Position numbers and translations under genes: made by a program. This document shows positions 25,070 through 37,750 of a stretch of 64,000 nt of DNA, piece by piece (the stretch's first letter is position 1; every line of letters begins with the position of its first letter). The notes under the pieces are model-generated. The model was not told the origin of the DNA, made no database searches, and saw only the letters and a list, made by a program, of their open reading frames with translations. Source of the stretch: Octopus bimaculoides (Eukaryota). Location: NCBI RefSeq assembly GCF_001194135.2, contig NC_068982.1, forward strand, positions 34,311,730 through 34,375,729. Direction: 5' to 3'.

Positions 25070-25467
25070 TGGCTGCACGAAATAATTCGGCTAAAAATAT
25101 CGTTGCATTGAAAATATAAATCTATTTTGAAACGTTGGAGTTCAATAAACAAAGAACCATTGGAAGACAGAAAAAAAATGAAAGTGCTTGGAGAGAGGAA
25201 CGAGTGATTAGAAAGATAAGGGGGAAGAAGTGGAGAGAGAGAGGGGGGGGGAGAGAAGAATTGCTTATAGATCAAGTAGCGTTGAACTTATTGCGTTTTG
25301 GTATTTTACGTTGTTTTACGAGTTCAAATCCAGCCTTCCACCCGTCCGGGGCTTCAGTAAAAATAAGCGGGGTTCATCTAATCGAATCTTCCCAATCTCC
25401 CTCCTTCCCCATATGTATACTTGTGTTTATACTGAAAATTAGAATAAATTCTAAAGCAATTCCAGTC

Positions 25468-25499
<32 letters not shown>

Positions 25500-25816
25500 G
25501 ATAAAAATGATTTATTACAATATGCATTTACATTTATTATTTTCATTATTAAAGAAAACAAAATTGTTAACAAAATAACAATACTCTAATGAGATGAATT
25601 AAATTTAATGGAATAAAATTTAATTTATTTCAATAATTTTTCGGTTAGATCAATGTTCAACCGAGCGAAAATGTCTAGCAGTGAAATGAATAATTACACC
25701 TTAGTAGCTAATTAACGAACTTCTTTCTTGAACAACCTGCTTCTACTCAAATGCAACACAAAGGAAAGAAAAGACAAGGTCATGCATAGTTGAAACAGAG
25801 GCAACTAGTTCGCATT

Positions 25817-25894
25817 TCTGCACCAACCAGTATGCTATCGTCTGCACCAACCAGTATGCTATCGTCTGCACCAACCAGCATTATATCGTCTGCA
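25817..25894. repeat. 24-bp tandem repeat, 3.2 copies (tctgcaccaaccagtatgctatcg)
   Basis: Units at 25817, 25841 and 25865 plus a partial at 25889. Confidence 0.9.
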
Positions 25895-26321
25895 ACTATG
25901 TTAAATGCTCAACATTATAATTAACATTTTCTTTTCAACAAAGAGAAAAAAAAAATGAAGAAGTCACGAATGATAGACAAAAGAAAATCGATGTAAACTA
26001 GCTAGGAAAGCATTTAAAGGTGTTTCGTTCCTCTTTAATGTATGTGTTACATACAAAGATCAAATCCCGCCCTACTCAGTTGTCATTCAATCTTCTGAAT
26101 CAAAGGAAATGCGTAAGCAGAATCGTGCTGCAGCTCGCTATCTCTCTGTTCGCACCTAAGCTTCAGAAATTAAATTACCTTCGTTAATAAACAGTCTAGC
26201 AAAGAAGATAATATGCAATTTAAAAGAAATAAAGAAATATCATTGCGCTGCCTCCTCTCTTCGTATGTATGTATGTGTGTATGTATGTATGTATGTATGT
26301 ATGTATGTATGTATGTATGTA

Positions 26322-26357
<36 letters not shown>

Positions 26358-27129
26358 TTTATATATATATATATATATATATAAACAAATAGTAAATGAG
26401 TATATGCATATATACGTACAGGTATGTGCATACCGACATCCACCTGTATGTATAGGTGCATATCTGGGTACAGGACATTGCAAACAAAACAGAGACGAGA
26501 AAACACACAAGCCACATAGAGAACATTCTACTTCATCAGCTACCTCCGTTTTAACACCGGCGTTTCACACACACACATACGCTCTCATTCATACATAAGC
26601 ATCTTGCAACTGCGTATTTAAGACAAAGATGAACAAAGAATGGTTGTAGTATAATAATAATAACAACAACATATTATCATCATTATATAAAAACAAAAGG
26701 AAGACTTCTACTGAACCCTGTTACCCTAACTTATAACATTTTCCAATCAAATAAAAAAAAAGAAAAAGAAATGTAAACAAAAATAACGTTTCCATTGTTA
26801 ATCTAGAATGACGGAAATGTCAAGGTCAGGTTTATATAAAAATTACTTTCAAAACAAATAGATTTAACTGGTAAAAAACATTACATTTGTATAATATATA
26901 TCTATCTATCTCTCTCTATATATGCACGCACACATATGATAGATAATTGTACAATCTACTTTTTGTACTGTTTTTATTATTAGTAAATGTAAGAAATGGG
27001 TGCGTGTTGTGTTTTGTGTGTCCACGTGAGTAGAGAGGTTGGCAGCTGTGCACACCGTGTTTACACACGTAATCTCGTTCTTGTATGTATTATTTTTATT
27101 TACTACAAGTCAGATATATATGTATTTAA

Positions 27130-27349
27130 TGCGAAGGGGTGCCGAAAAGTTCTTGGCTTTAAGGGTGTCGCGAAAGGCCTGATTGGAGGTCCAACATTCT
27201 GAGTTCTCCTACAAGGCTTAGAAAAACTGAAGAACCACTGCAGTAAGTGCATGAATCTGAGAAGGGAATATGTTGAGTAAAATCATAATTAACTGATCTT
27301 CCTGTATTTTCTTTTACCCAAAGCCAGGAACTTTTCATCACCTCTCATA
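27130..27349 (+). mobile_element. Internally deleted mariner element / MITE
   Basis: Imperfect ~28 bp TIRs (gaaggggtgccgaaaagttcttggcttt ... aaagccaggaacttttcatcacctctcata); internal GLEKLKNHCSKCMNLRREYVE* resembles the mariner transposase C-terminus. Confidence 0.75.
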
Positions 27350-27519
27350 AAGCCACCAAATCATGACCAAGTTACACACACACACAACTGCACGCTGAGC
27401 CGTTTCCTGAGGGGACCCAAGGGTTAAGGCACCAATTGTAATCTATGTATGCTGTAGCTTGCTGTCAATAAGTAAATACAATAGGGCACAGCACACTGAT
27501 TTGCTTATGGCCCAATAAT

Positions 27520-27860
27520 TAATTCTTTTATTGGCCACAAGGGCTTACATAAAGTTACACGAAGAGACAAAGACAGGACGATACAAATGGGTTTTAAAAG
27601 TGTATAAACAAAAAATAACGTAGAAAATTAAACAAATAAAACTCCCAATAGGGGGAGGTGCTTTAAGGCTACTCGTGGAAAAACTCACAAAAGTCACGGG
27701 TGTCTGACCAACAGGGCAAGGGTCCTTCTTTTATTTTTCACAGGCGCATGCTCAAAATGGGTCCTTCCACACTGGCCATTTTCCCCGACATTCACCCACC
27801 TTTCAACAAATTTGTTAGACGGCAACACTTCCTTCTCCACTCATGGCCCAATGATGCAAC
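27520..27860 (-). mobile_element. L1/Tx1-like LINE 3' end
   Basis: Minus-strand ...VEKEVLPSNKFVERWVNV/GKMASVEGPILSMRL* followed by a 3' UTR ending ...gtggccaataaagaa. Similar 3' ends at ~30350 and ~32040. Confidence 0.45.
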
Positions 27861-28063
27861 AAAGACAGCTCTATGTGTGCATGTCTGTGTGCATATGTGT
27901 GTCCGTGTGTGTATGTGCGTGTGCATGCAGTCAACGACTTCTAAGGTCGTTGACTTCCAGACTGCAAAACTCTACATAATGTACTGAGTGCGCTTTTCTT
28001 AGTACATTTATCCACTTGTGTGTATATATGTCACTGTATCATCATTTTGTATGTGCATATGAT

Positions 28064-28095
<32 letters not shown>

Positions 28096-30159
28096 TGCAT
28101 ACGTACACACACACATATTGTAAGTAATTCTTTACTATTGACATTTATATGAAATTGGGTAGTATCAAAGTAGACAGGATTGTGTTTTCCAATGCAAAGA
28201 TGCAGTCATGTCACACCTTGGCCATTACTTGACATATTCGTTTTGAAATAACTTGCTCTGATTTCAATTCGTTTTGCAAAATATAAGGACTTTAATAAAA
28301 TTGATTTTGTCATTGCTAAGCTGGTGTTTGAAACGTAAATTAACATGAAATTTTGATGGGAAGTTATAATTGAGATCACTTTAAACCAGGAAGTTTGTAC
28401 CATAGAGCTAAGGGCGGCCTCAGACGGGTTGGTATCAAAATTGTTAAGGGCAGGCCGGAACAGACGGGAGTCCACATGGGTTATGCTAGTGGAAAAGGAA
28501 GGATCCATGAGTAAAGGATTACCGTTTTTATAAATGGTTCTAATTCTTTTATACGGCTTGTTACTTGTATGTACAGTGGCGTAGCATGTGCCCCTCGAGA
28601 CAGCTCTTGAATTTTCCACTACCCCTGCTCCTCCCACACCTATTTGGGCTTATATAGCACACCCCAAAGTGTCACTCTTATAAAAGCATCGCCCAGGGTG
28701 GACTCCCTGGCTCTAACTACGTTACTGTGTATACTCGTAATCCACAAATGAATCATAAATCCCTGATTAGTAAAATATTTTATGAGCAATAATTCTTTTT
28801 TGGAACAGTGGGTCTCGTAGCACATAAAGGCTGCTCGTGGGACAGAAAAATAATTATTTCACGTTCTCTCGAAAGTTTATAAATTCTTATGACGTCAGCA
28901 ACTTTATGAGCAGTTTGAAATGGGATGGGTACATTTCCTACATCTACTACGGAGCTTTTATCGGATGAAATGGGGGCCTGCATTTCACATCTGGCCTACA
29001 CCTATTATCACCTGTACAGGGACTTGGAAGAACATGTGTTTGTGAAATACTCGGACAGAGATACGCTAATTCAATGAGAGCAGGTAATTCAGTTGATGTA
29101 ACAACAAGTCTACTCACCGTCGAAACCGACAGAGAAGCACTTATATAAGTATATATATATACACAAGAAATATCTTACTTCACAGCTATGATAAAGGAAG
29201 GGCGCACGATGAAATGATAGTGCCTAGGATTGGGCGACGGAGGGCGAGGAGCAAAGCGAAAGCATAAGCAAGAATATGTTAATAAATAATAATAGAAAAT
29301 GTTAGACACCACCATCAGTTCGTTTACCGACAAAATTTGGCCTTGAGGAGGAGAGAGGAAAAAAAACAAAAAACAAATAAGCAAACAAAACATTATAAGT
29401 AATTGTAGTATGCGTGTAATCGGGTTCGGGTTTTGCGTCAACAAAGCATTATATATATATATATTCACACATTATATAAATATATCTAATAAGGAAATTT
29501 ATGAGTAATCTGAAAACAACGGCAATAAATGTGGAGCTTCGCTTTCGCTGATTTTGTTTATTTTGTAAATAACCGTCTGTTTACAATATTTTCGTACACC
29601 TGCACAATCAGCACCAGCAAAAAAAAGCCGTACCCACTCCAGTAACAACAACAACAACAACAATAGTAGTAGTGTGCGACATTTAAACTATCATGTAAAC
29701 AATTTATCTAACTGCGCACTCCAGGTGAGATAGATGATAAATCGAACCAATCAAAACAACCAGAGGAAAACAAAATAACGCTGCCAGATCAACTTACTGG
29801 ACCTTGACAGAAAATATCAGTCAAGTCTCTCTCAAACTACACCATCATATCGCTTCAGATATAAACAAAATGGGAGATATCGGACAATCTAGTTTCTCTC
29901 TCTCTCTCTCTCGCACACATACACACACACACACACACACACAAGCGCCGATTTAAGGCATAGGGACAACGAACATTTCCATTTGGGGCCTTGCAAGTCT
30001 AAGGGCCCAATTCTAATCTATATATGCTGTGGCTTACTGTCAGGGCCCGGTGCATTGATTTGTCCGGGGCGAGATGGGAGCTATAATGCTACAAAGACGA
30101 CTCCAACACACACACGTATACACAAGATGAGACAGACGGTCATGAGTGGAAATAATATC

Positions 30160-30559
30160 AGTTTCAAATTTTGCCACAAGGCCGGCAATTTCGAGGGAGG
30201 GGGTAAATCAATCTCAGTTTTCAACTGGTACTTATTTTATTGACTTCGAAAGGACGAAAGGCAAAGTCGATCTCGGTGGAATTTGAACACAGAACATAAA
30301 GACGGACGAAATGCCACCAAGTATTTCGCCCGGCGTGCTAACGTTTCTTATTTCTTTATTGCCCACAAGGGGCTAAACATAGAGGGGACAAACAAGAACA
30401 GACAAACGGGTTAAGTCGATTACATCGACCCCAGTGTGTTGCTGGTACTTAATTTATCGACCCCGAAAGGATGAAAGGTAAAGTCGACCTCGGCGGAATT
30501 TGAACTCAGAACGTTACGGCAGACGAAATACCTATTTCTTTACTGCCCACAAGGGGCTA
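30160..30559 (-). mobile_element. Family-A SINE copies (CpG-intact) interleaved with a LINE 3'-end fragment
   Basis: gaaaggatgaaaggtaaagtcgacctcggcggaatttgaactcagaacg; similar CpG-intact copies at 39328-39540 (minus), 59610-59840 and 60076-60345 (plus). Confidence 0.8.
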
Positions 30560-33500
30560 NNNNNNNNNNNNNNNNNNNNNNNNNNNNNNNNNNNNNNNNN
30601 NNNNNNNNNNNNNNNNNNNNNNNNNNNNNNNNNNNNNNNNNNNNNNNNNNNNNNNNNNNNNNNNNNNNNNNNNNNNNNNNNNNNNNNNNNNNNNNNNNNN
30701 NNNNNNNNNNNNNNNNNNNNNNNNNNNNNNNNNNNNNNNNNNNNNNNNNNNNNNNNNNNNNNNNNNNNNNNNNNNNNNNNNNNNNNNNNNNNNNNNNNNN
30801 NNNNNNNNNNNNNNNNNNNNNNNNNNNNNNNNNNNNNNNNNNNNNNNNNNNNNNNNNNNNNNNNNNNNNNNNNNNNNNNNNNNNNNNNNNNNNNNNNNNN
30901 NNNNNNNNNNNNNNNNNNNNNNNNNNNNNNNNNNNNNNNNNNNNNNNNNNNNNNNNNNNNNNNNNNNNNNNNNNNNNNNNNNNNNNNNNNNNNNNNNNNN
31001 NNNNNNNNNNNNNNNNNNNNNNNNNNNNNNNNNNNNNNNNNNNNNNNNNNNNNNNNNNNNNNNNNNNNNNNNNNNNNNNNNNNNNNNNNNNNNNNNNNNN
31101 NNNNNNNNNNNNNNNNNNNNNNNNNNNNNNNNNNNNNNNNNNNNNNNNNNNNNNNNNNNNNNNNNNNNNNNNNNNNNNNNNNNNNNNNNNNNNNNNNNNN
31201 NNNNNNNNNNNNNNNNNNNNNNNNNNNNNNNNNNNNNNNNNNNNNNNNNNNNNNNNNNNNNNNNNNNNNNNNNNNNNNNNNNNNNNNNNNNNNNNNNNNN
31301 NNNNNNNNNNNNNNNNNNNNNNNNNNNNNNNNNNNNNNNNNNNNNNNNNNNNNNNNNNNNNNNNNNNNNNNNNNNNNNNNNNNNNNNNNNNNNNNNNNNN
31401 NNNNNNNNNNNNNNNNNNNNNNNNNNNNNNNNNNNNNNNNNNNNNNNNNNNNNNNNNNNNNNNNNNNNNNNNNNNNNCATTATATTAACAGACTGTTGTG
31501 TCTGCCTCCCCCTCCTTAGAGCTGTTGTGTCAACGTGGTTGGTTAGACGTGAAAAAGCTACGGTATATATAACCTACATTAGCTACAAAGCTGGCAGAAT
31601 AGGTCATGTACTTTTAAGAAATTTGCTTTTTTTTTTTTCTTATTCCTTTCTATTAGTTTTTTTCGGTATTTTTTTTTTGGTATGAAACAATTGAAATAAA
31701 AATATAAAAAAATAAAATAAAAATAATAAATAATAAAAACACAAAAAAAAAGATCAATGACTTTTAAATGCAGATTTCAATTCCAAAAGATTTGATTTAT
31801 TATGATCAGTTTACTCCATCTGCTTTCGAATGATAAGCCCGGTTCTCATTCATGTAGGGTTACAAGCATACACATATGTATGTATGTATACATATATGCG
31901 TGTATGTATGCATGCATGTATGTATGCATATATTTGTGTATGCATATATTTGTGTATGCATATATGTATGCATGCACATATGTATATATGTATGTATGTT
32001 TGCATGTGTATATATGTATGTATGTATGTATAATATGTTTCTTTATTGGCCACACAGGGCTGAACACGGGACAAAATACAAAGTAGAGTTTTTCTTTTTG
32101 GGAAAAGAAGGAGAAAAAGGCGGGTGGCGGTAGAAATTCTATCAAAAGGGATCGTAATATATATANNNNNNNNNNNNNNNNNNNNNNNNNNNNNNNNNNN
32201 NNNNNNNNNNNNNNNNNNNNNNNNNNNNNNNNNNNNNNNNNNNNNNNNNNNNNNNNNNNNNNNNNNNNNNNNNATATATATATATATATATATATAATAT
32301 TATATCCACATATCAAAATTATTTATTATTGTACACGCACGTACATTTGCAAAACAAATGTAACAACAATTGCATTCTCTTATTCTTTCTTTTCGTGGTT
32401 TCCAGCTATTGGATTGCGGCACAGCTGGGGCACTGCCTTCAAACATTAGTCGATGATATCGACCCCCCACCACACCTCTGTACCTAGTTTTAAGCCTGAT
32501 ACTTATTTTAACTATCTATATGTGGAGAACCGCTAAACACATACAGAAATATATTGGTCAACCTGGGGGCTATTATACATTGGTCAACATTGTACTTAAG
32601 TGTCACGCGGTAGGAACGAACCTGAAGCCACAGCGTTGCGAAGCAAATTTGTTAAGGACACAGCCATAAGTATTTGGTTAATGTTGTCTCTCTGTCTCTA
32701 TTTAATTTCCACAATGACAATCAGCTGCAAGGTGAAATTCGAATAAACTATAACTTTCTGACATAAACACAGCAAGCACATATATACATATACACATACC
32801 CGAGCCCCGCCACTCTATTTTACTTGTACTGGTTTGCTTGAATGATCTGCGACTACCGTAGAGCAAGGAAGCACCGCACCTTAAGAGTTTAGTCGGTCAC
32901 ATCGACACCAAGTACTTACATGGATGTACATATTTTGTTTTACGTGACTGGTTTTATGCAATGTAAATGCATATAACAGCAAGTTTGTGTATGTATAATT
33001 GTCAGCGGGCGTGTCTGACTTGTCTGTCTGTGCATCTGTCTATATGGGTGCCAGATGAAGTTACATATCCTCATGGTGAAATAACAGATGGGAGTGATGT
33101 TAAATAGTTTACATTAAATATAAATCAATGCCAAAAATGAGGACCTCCGTTCCTAACGCTTCCTACTTCATGCATGCATAGCTGGTTGAATATATGTCAA
33201 CTAGTTTTCAGAGCTAGTGCTTGTGATTACTCAACCGCCGTTTCGTGCCGTGAAACAGACGAGAGATACACCACTACTACCCTGGAATAGACGCTAGTCT
33301 ATCACAAGAAAGGTTCTGTGATGATTTGATAATTCGCGACGATTAGATGAACAGGGAGCAGTGTAGAATAAGGGTTTCAAATTTTAGCACAAGGCCAGTA
33401 ATTTTACGGGCGTGGGTAAATAAATTACATCGACCCCAGTGCTTGATTGGAACATCTTATTGACCTCGAAAAGATGGTCGACAGCAGCGGTATCTGAACT

Positions 33501-33673
33501 CAGAACACAAAGCCGGAAGAAATGCCACTAAGCATTTTGTCCGACAGGCGAAATGCATACTGCTTGAAAAGAACGAAGTACTAGAAACAGGTTTGAACTC
33601 CTGATAGACATATAGAAAGTTTGATACCCTATTTATCTACATGGCCGTTTCATAGGCGTGTCAAAGAGAGAGG

Positions 33674-33720
<47 letters not shown>

Positions 33721-35324
33721 AAAGAGAGAAGGAGAGAGAGAGAGAGAGAAAGAAAGAGAGAGAGAGAGAATGTGTGAGTCAGTCAAGTATTTTATGTTTA
33801 TATATACCAATACCAGATATTGAGCTATCATCAAGCTGAGCTACCAATTCTATCGTGACATTTCTATCTATCCCTGAACTAAACAATAGCAACATATTTA
33901 TTCTGTGCAGGCTTAAAATTATCAAGTGCGCAATTTATCAGTATTTGCGTTGTTTAAAAATTAACAGCACATCCAGACAGGTAAGATAACACGTTAAAAG
34001 CATGTTTGTATATAGAGCATATGCACACAAATACACGCGCGCTCTGTGTAAGTCGAATAAGAAAGTTGTAGTGACATTACTATTGATGAGAACGCAGATT
34101 CTTAACAATAAGATTGATGACAGTGTGATGTCGATCAAGCATGTAAACAAGAAGAATCGCATTGAGCGTTGACAGAAAGTAACCAACTGCACATATAAAT
34201 TTGGTTTCTAACATACAAAGAAACTTAGATACATGTTAGAGAGAGAGAGGGTACGTTCAATTAAATCTAACCTCCCACTTCCTCAAATATTCATTTATTT
34301 TATCGATAGAAAAAAAAAGTCGGTCACAGCGGGATATGAAATAAGCTATTACATAACAAGAAAAACAGCAGTTGTTCAGCCCTACTTCATCTCTGATAGG
34401 GCCGGACTTAACAACCAAAAGGCATTCTAATGATAACTATACCGTCTTTTTTTTTGTAATAAATATTTTTTTAAGGCATTTATGTACCCCAGAATGCATT
34501 ATTTAATGTCTATTTATAGTGGAGGGAGGTCTGGTTGCTATTCGTGATGGATCGTGGATGGTGCTGAGGTTCCTTCGCCGAGGTGGCGGTGGTGGTGCTG
34601 GTGCCCGGTGGTGTTGACGGTATTGTTCACACTGATGATAATTTTTCTGTGGAAAATTTTCACAATCATAACTATTATTCATGTGCACATGTATTATAAC
34701 TAAGTTTATACAGAAAACAATGCGAGAATAGATGACATATTTATCAAGTAACACGCATATTGCGCATGTATAAACAACAGTGTAACGACTGGGAGATAGA
34801 TGTGTTGTTATATAAACAGCAGTAGTACTACCCCATCGTCACAGCCACCACCACCACCGTCGTTGCACCGACGACGACGACACCCGCCATTGCTATAATC
34901 ACCACTTGCGACAATATCATCGTAGCAATTAAGCCAACGAAGGACTCTTTACGTGGTCGGTAACAAGGACTACTAGAAATAGTAGTTAAATTTCCTTCTT
35001 CAAATCATACATTTGCATCTTCAGAAAGGAAAGAAAACTCATAATTTAACCTCAAATTCCTCCCTCCACCCACAAAATGGTGGGATGGTCACGGCTTGAA
35101 TGCTTTTCATAAAAAGTCTGTCTATTCAATTAAGAGTGATCCTAGGATAAACAACAGCACAACCACATCATAATAAAATAATGACACGTGATACAAGACT
35201 CCAGATTTGTCAGTTTATTGTAAATCCAAACTGGTATTTATTTGACGAATCTCAATGTGCTGAAATATATATAGTCAAGAATTGAGCCCAGATCATAAAC
35301 TAAGCTGAAGATAATGACAACATT

Positions 35325-35625
35325 TTGACATCAACTGAGAACAGTGACTTGAAAATGTATTGACATTGGCTGAGGGTAGTGACTTGACGATAATGTTTTG
35401 ACATTGGGTGAGGATATTGACTTCACGATATTTTTTGACATTAGTTGAAGATAGTGACATCAAATGTTTTGACATTGACTGAGGATACTGACGTCACGAT
35501 CATGTTTTGATATTGGTTGAGGATATTGACTTCACGATGTTTTTACATTGACTCAGTGACTCGAAATGTTTTGACACTAGTTGAGGATAGTGACATCACA
35601 ATAACATTTCGACATGGACTGAAGG
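35325..35625. repeat. Degenerate ~37-bp minisatellite, about 8-9 units
   Basis: Approximate consensus gacattgactgaggatagtgacttcacgatatgtttt, units directly abutting. Confidence 0.85.
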
Positions 35626-37129
35626 CTGCAGTCATCGATGGATATTTAAAAAAAAAAAGTTTAGCTCCCCATCAGGTCATGTTGAGGAGAATTACGATCA
35701 GAAACATTCCAGCCATACCTGTCATGTCTTTTTGTATACCAATGACTAAATTGCTCAATGGGTTCTATTCATTTTGTTTTTGAAGACAATAGGGCATGAT
35801 TTAAAGGAGACTTAGTTGCGATTTCCAGCAGGTCAAGCGTCCATGTGCAGGCTCCCGAAAGAGTTTCTCGCCAGTGTGCATTTTTCATCCCCCGCTCCAC
35901 CAGATATGTCAAACAATCATCGAACTTTTCTTCGCATCACCCGCCGATTTCTTGGCTAGTAACTGTCTAACTATATGTATTGCCGCTGGTTAACTCAATC
36001 ATTACTCTTCCTTCCATACCACCCACCCACCTACCTCTCGGCCTTCCTCCCTCACAATCCATACTTCACTCATTTCTTTTGACTCTTTCAACAGACATTA
36101 TATTACTGCTCTGTCAAAGAACCTTTGTCCGAAACATAAGATTTATTCCCTGGTCACAATGATCAAGCTTCTAATAATACAATTAGCAGTATTTCCATCT
36201 CTCTCTCACGCACACTTTCGTTGTCTCTCCCAAGCATTTAGCTGCTGTGGTACTTTGAATGTATCTGAGTTTCGTAGAAGTATTGCTATTTCGATTAGTT
36301 TAGCTGAGCTTTGATATTTTCACGTTGTCTATATTTCATGGAAACACTAACAGGTAGCTTAGTTACCATTTCTACTGAGTAGAAATTGAACTGTTGATTT
36401 TACACACACACACACGTATGTATATATGTAAACACACACGCCTGCCTGCCTACCTGCTTACCTACCTATCTGTCTGTCTAACTAACTAATGATAAAGAGC
36501 ATGCATTTTATTCAATTAGTTCCTTTATCGTTTGTCGAAAGCAATTAACTATAAGACTAAATATTTATCACCGGTGGGATTTTCCACGCGTACTCACTAG
36601 TTTCTCTAAAATTTCTTAATGTGATTATTGATTTTTGTATCATACCAAATAAGAAAAAGAAAAAGTCAAAAACAAAAAATACAAAACAAACCGTGCAATG
36701 TATCACTTTGATCATGTAGGTGTCCAAAATGTATCTTATATGTGGCAGTAACTTTGTGTGCTAAAAATGGTACATTCATTATAATACCCCCGTAGGCAGT
36801 TAGCGAAACAGAGACAGTTAATTACATCTGAAGGCGTACTTGAAGAGAAAATAATGTTAACCTGTGTAGCAAAGACGAATGGATTAACTGGTTCAGTCTA
36901 AGATTTAATAACTAACCAACTTCAGGTATTTTTTTTTTATGTGTTTATTAAACAAATGTGAAATATCAGCTCTTATGTCCTGTTTTGTATTGATTTCTCT
37001 AAGCTAACTTCTGTTGCATTCCCAAAACGACAATTGAAGTTGGGTCTATTATACTTGTATTTGTGTTCGAACTGATCTCAAATTTCTCAGGTAATCATAT
37101 TAATATAACAAACTGTATCAATATCAACT

Positions 37130-37750
37130 TTACGAGTCTCGATGAATACATCTCAATCGCACTCAGAGTAGGGGCTGACGTCTGTAGGGGATTGAGGTTC
37201 CACCGTGGTAGGCCCCTCGACCCCACAAGTCTTCACGGTCTGTCTTGCTCCCTGAATGCTGGTTGCTTCGCTCGTCACACTGAGCTAAACCTAATCATTA
37301 AGCGAGTTCTCGCTCAGATTAATATCCTTTCGGTTCTGTAGCCGTTGGGGTTATCCAGAAGTGCTGGAAAGAGACCAGATTATCTTATCCTCTGTCCCTG
37401 GGTTAGAAGTAGGTGTCTCATTAGGGACCCCACAGTCTGCGACTCCTTTGCTCTCTCCCACATTCTGGATGCTGCAGTAAATGGGAAAGTCACTGCTTCC
37501 GTAGCCAAACGGACGAAAACCCTGAAGTATCGGGACCTGGCAGTAAACTATCTCTTCCAACCTGTAGCGTTTGAGACGTTCGGAGGGACCGGGCCACTAA
37601 CCGCGAAGTCCTTGTCAACGTTGGTAGCTCGCATCACCGAGGTGTCAGGTGATGCCCGTGAGGGCGCTTGACTTTTTCAACGCCTTAGCCACGCCATCGT
37701 CCATGGTTAAGCTGCGAGCGTGCTGGCTGGCTTCAGTAGGTTCCGTTAAA
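37130..37750 (+). mobile_element. Non-LTR retrotransposon 3' fragment with restriction-like endonuclease (CRE-clade-like), pseudogenised
   Basis: One continuous frame: ISIALRVGADVC...HGLSCSLNAGCFARHTELNLIIKRVLAQINILSVL*PLGLSRSAGKRPDYLILCPW...DPTVCDSFA...KTLKYRDLAVNYLFQPVAFETFGGTG...REGA*LFQRLSHAIVHG*AASVL. Remnant zinc-knuckle HGLSC...RH, RPD...D...K RLE motif and QRLS..I..G.AA terminus; three in-frame stops. Confidence 0.8.

Noticed and set aside
34520-34700. GC-rich GGT-repeat stretch after a tttatag acceptor-like site
   Set aside because: Low complexity, stops in all frames within a short distance, and no recognisable protein.
35325-35625. CRISPR-like periodic array
   Set aside because: Units abut without unique spacers, repeats are degenerate, there are no cas genes and the context is eukaryotic; it is a minisatellite.
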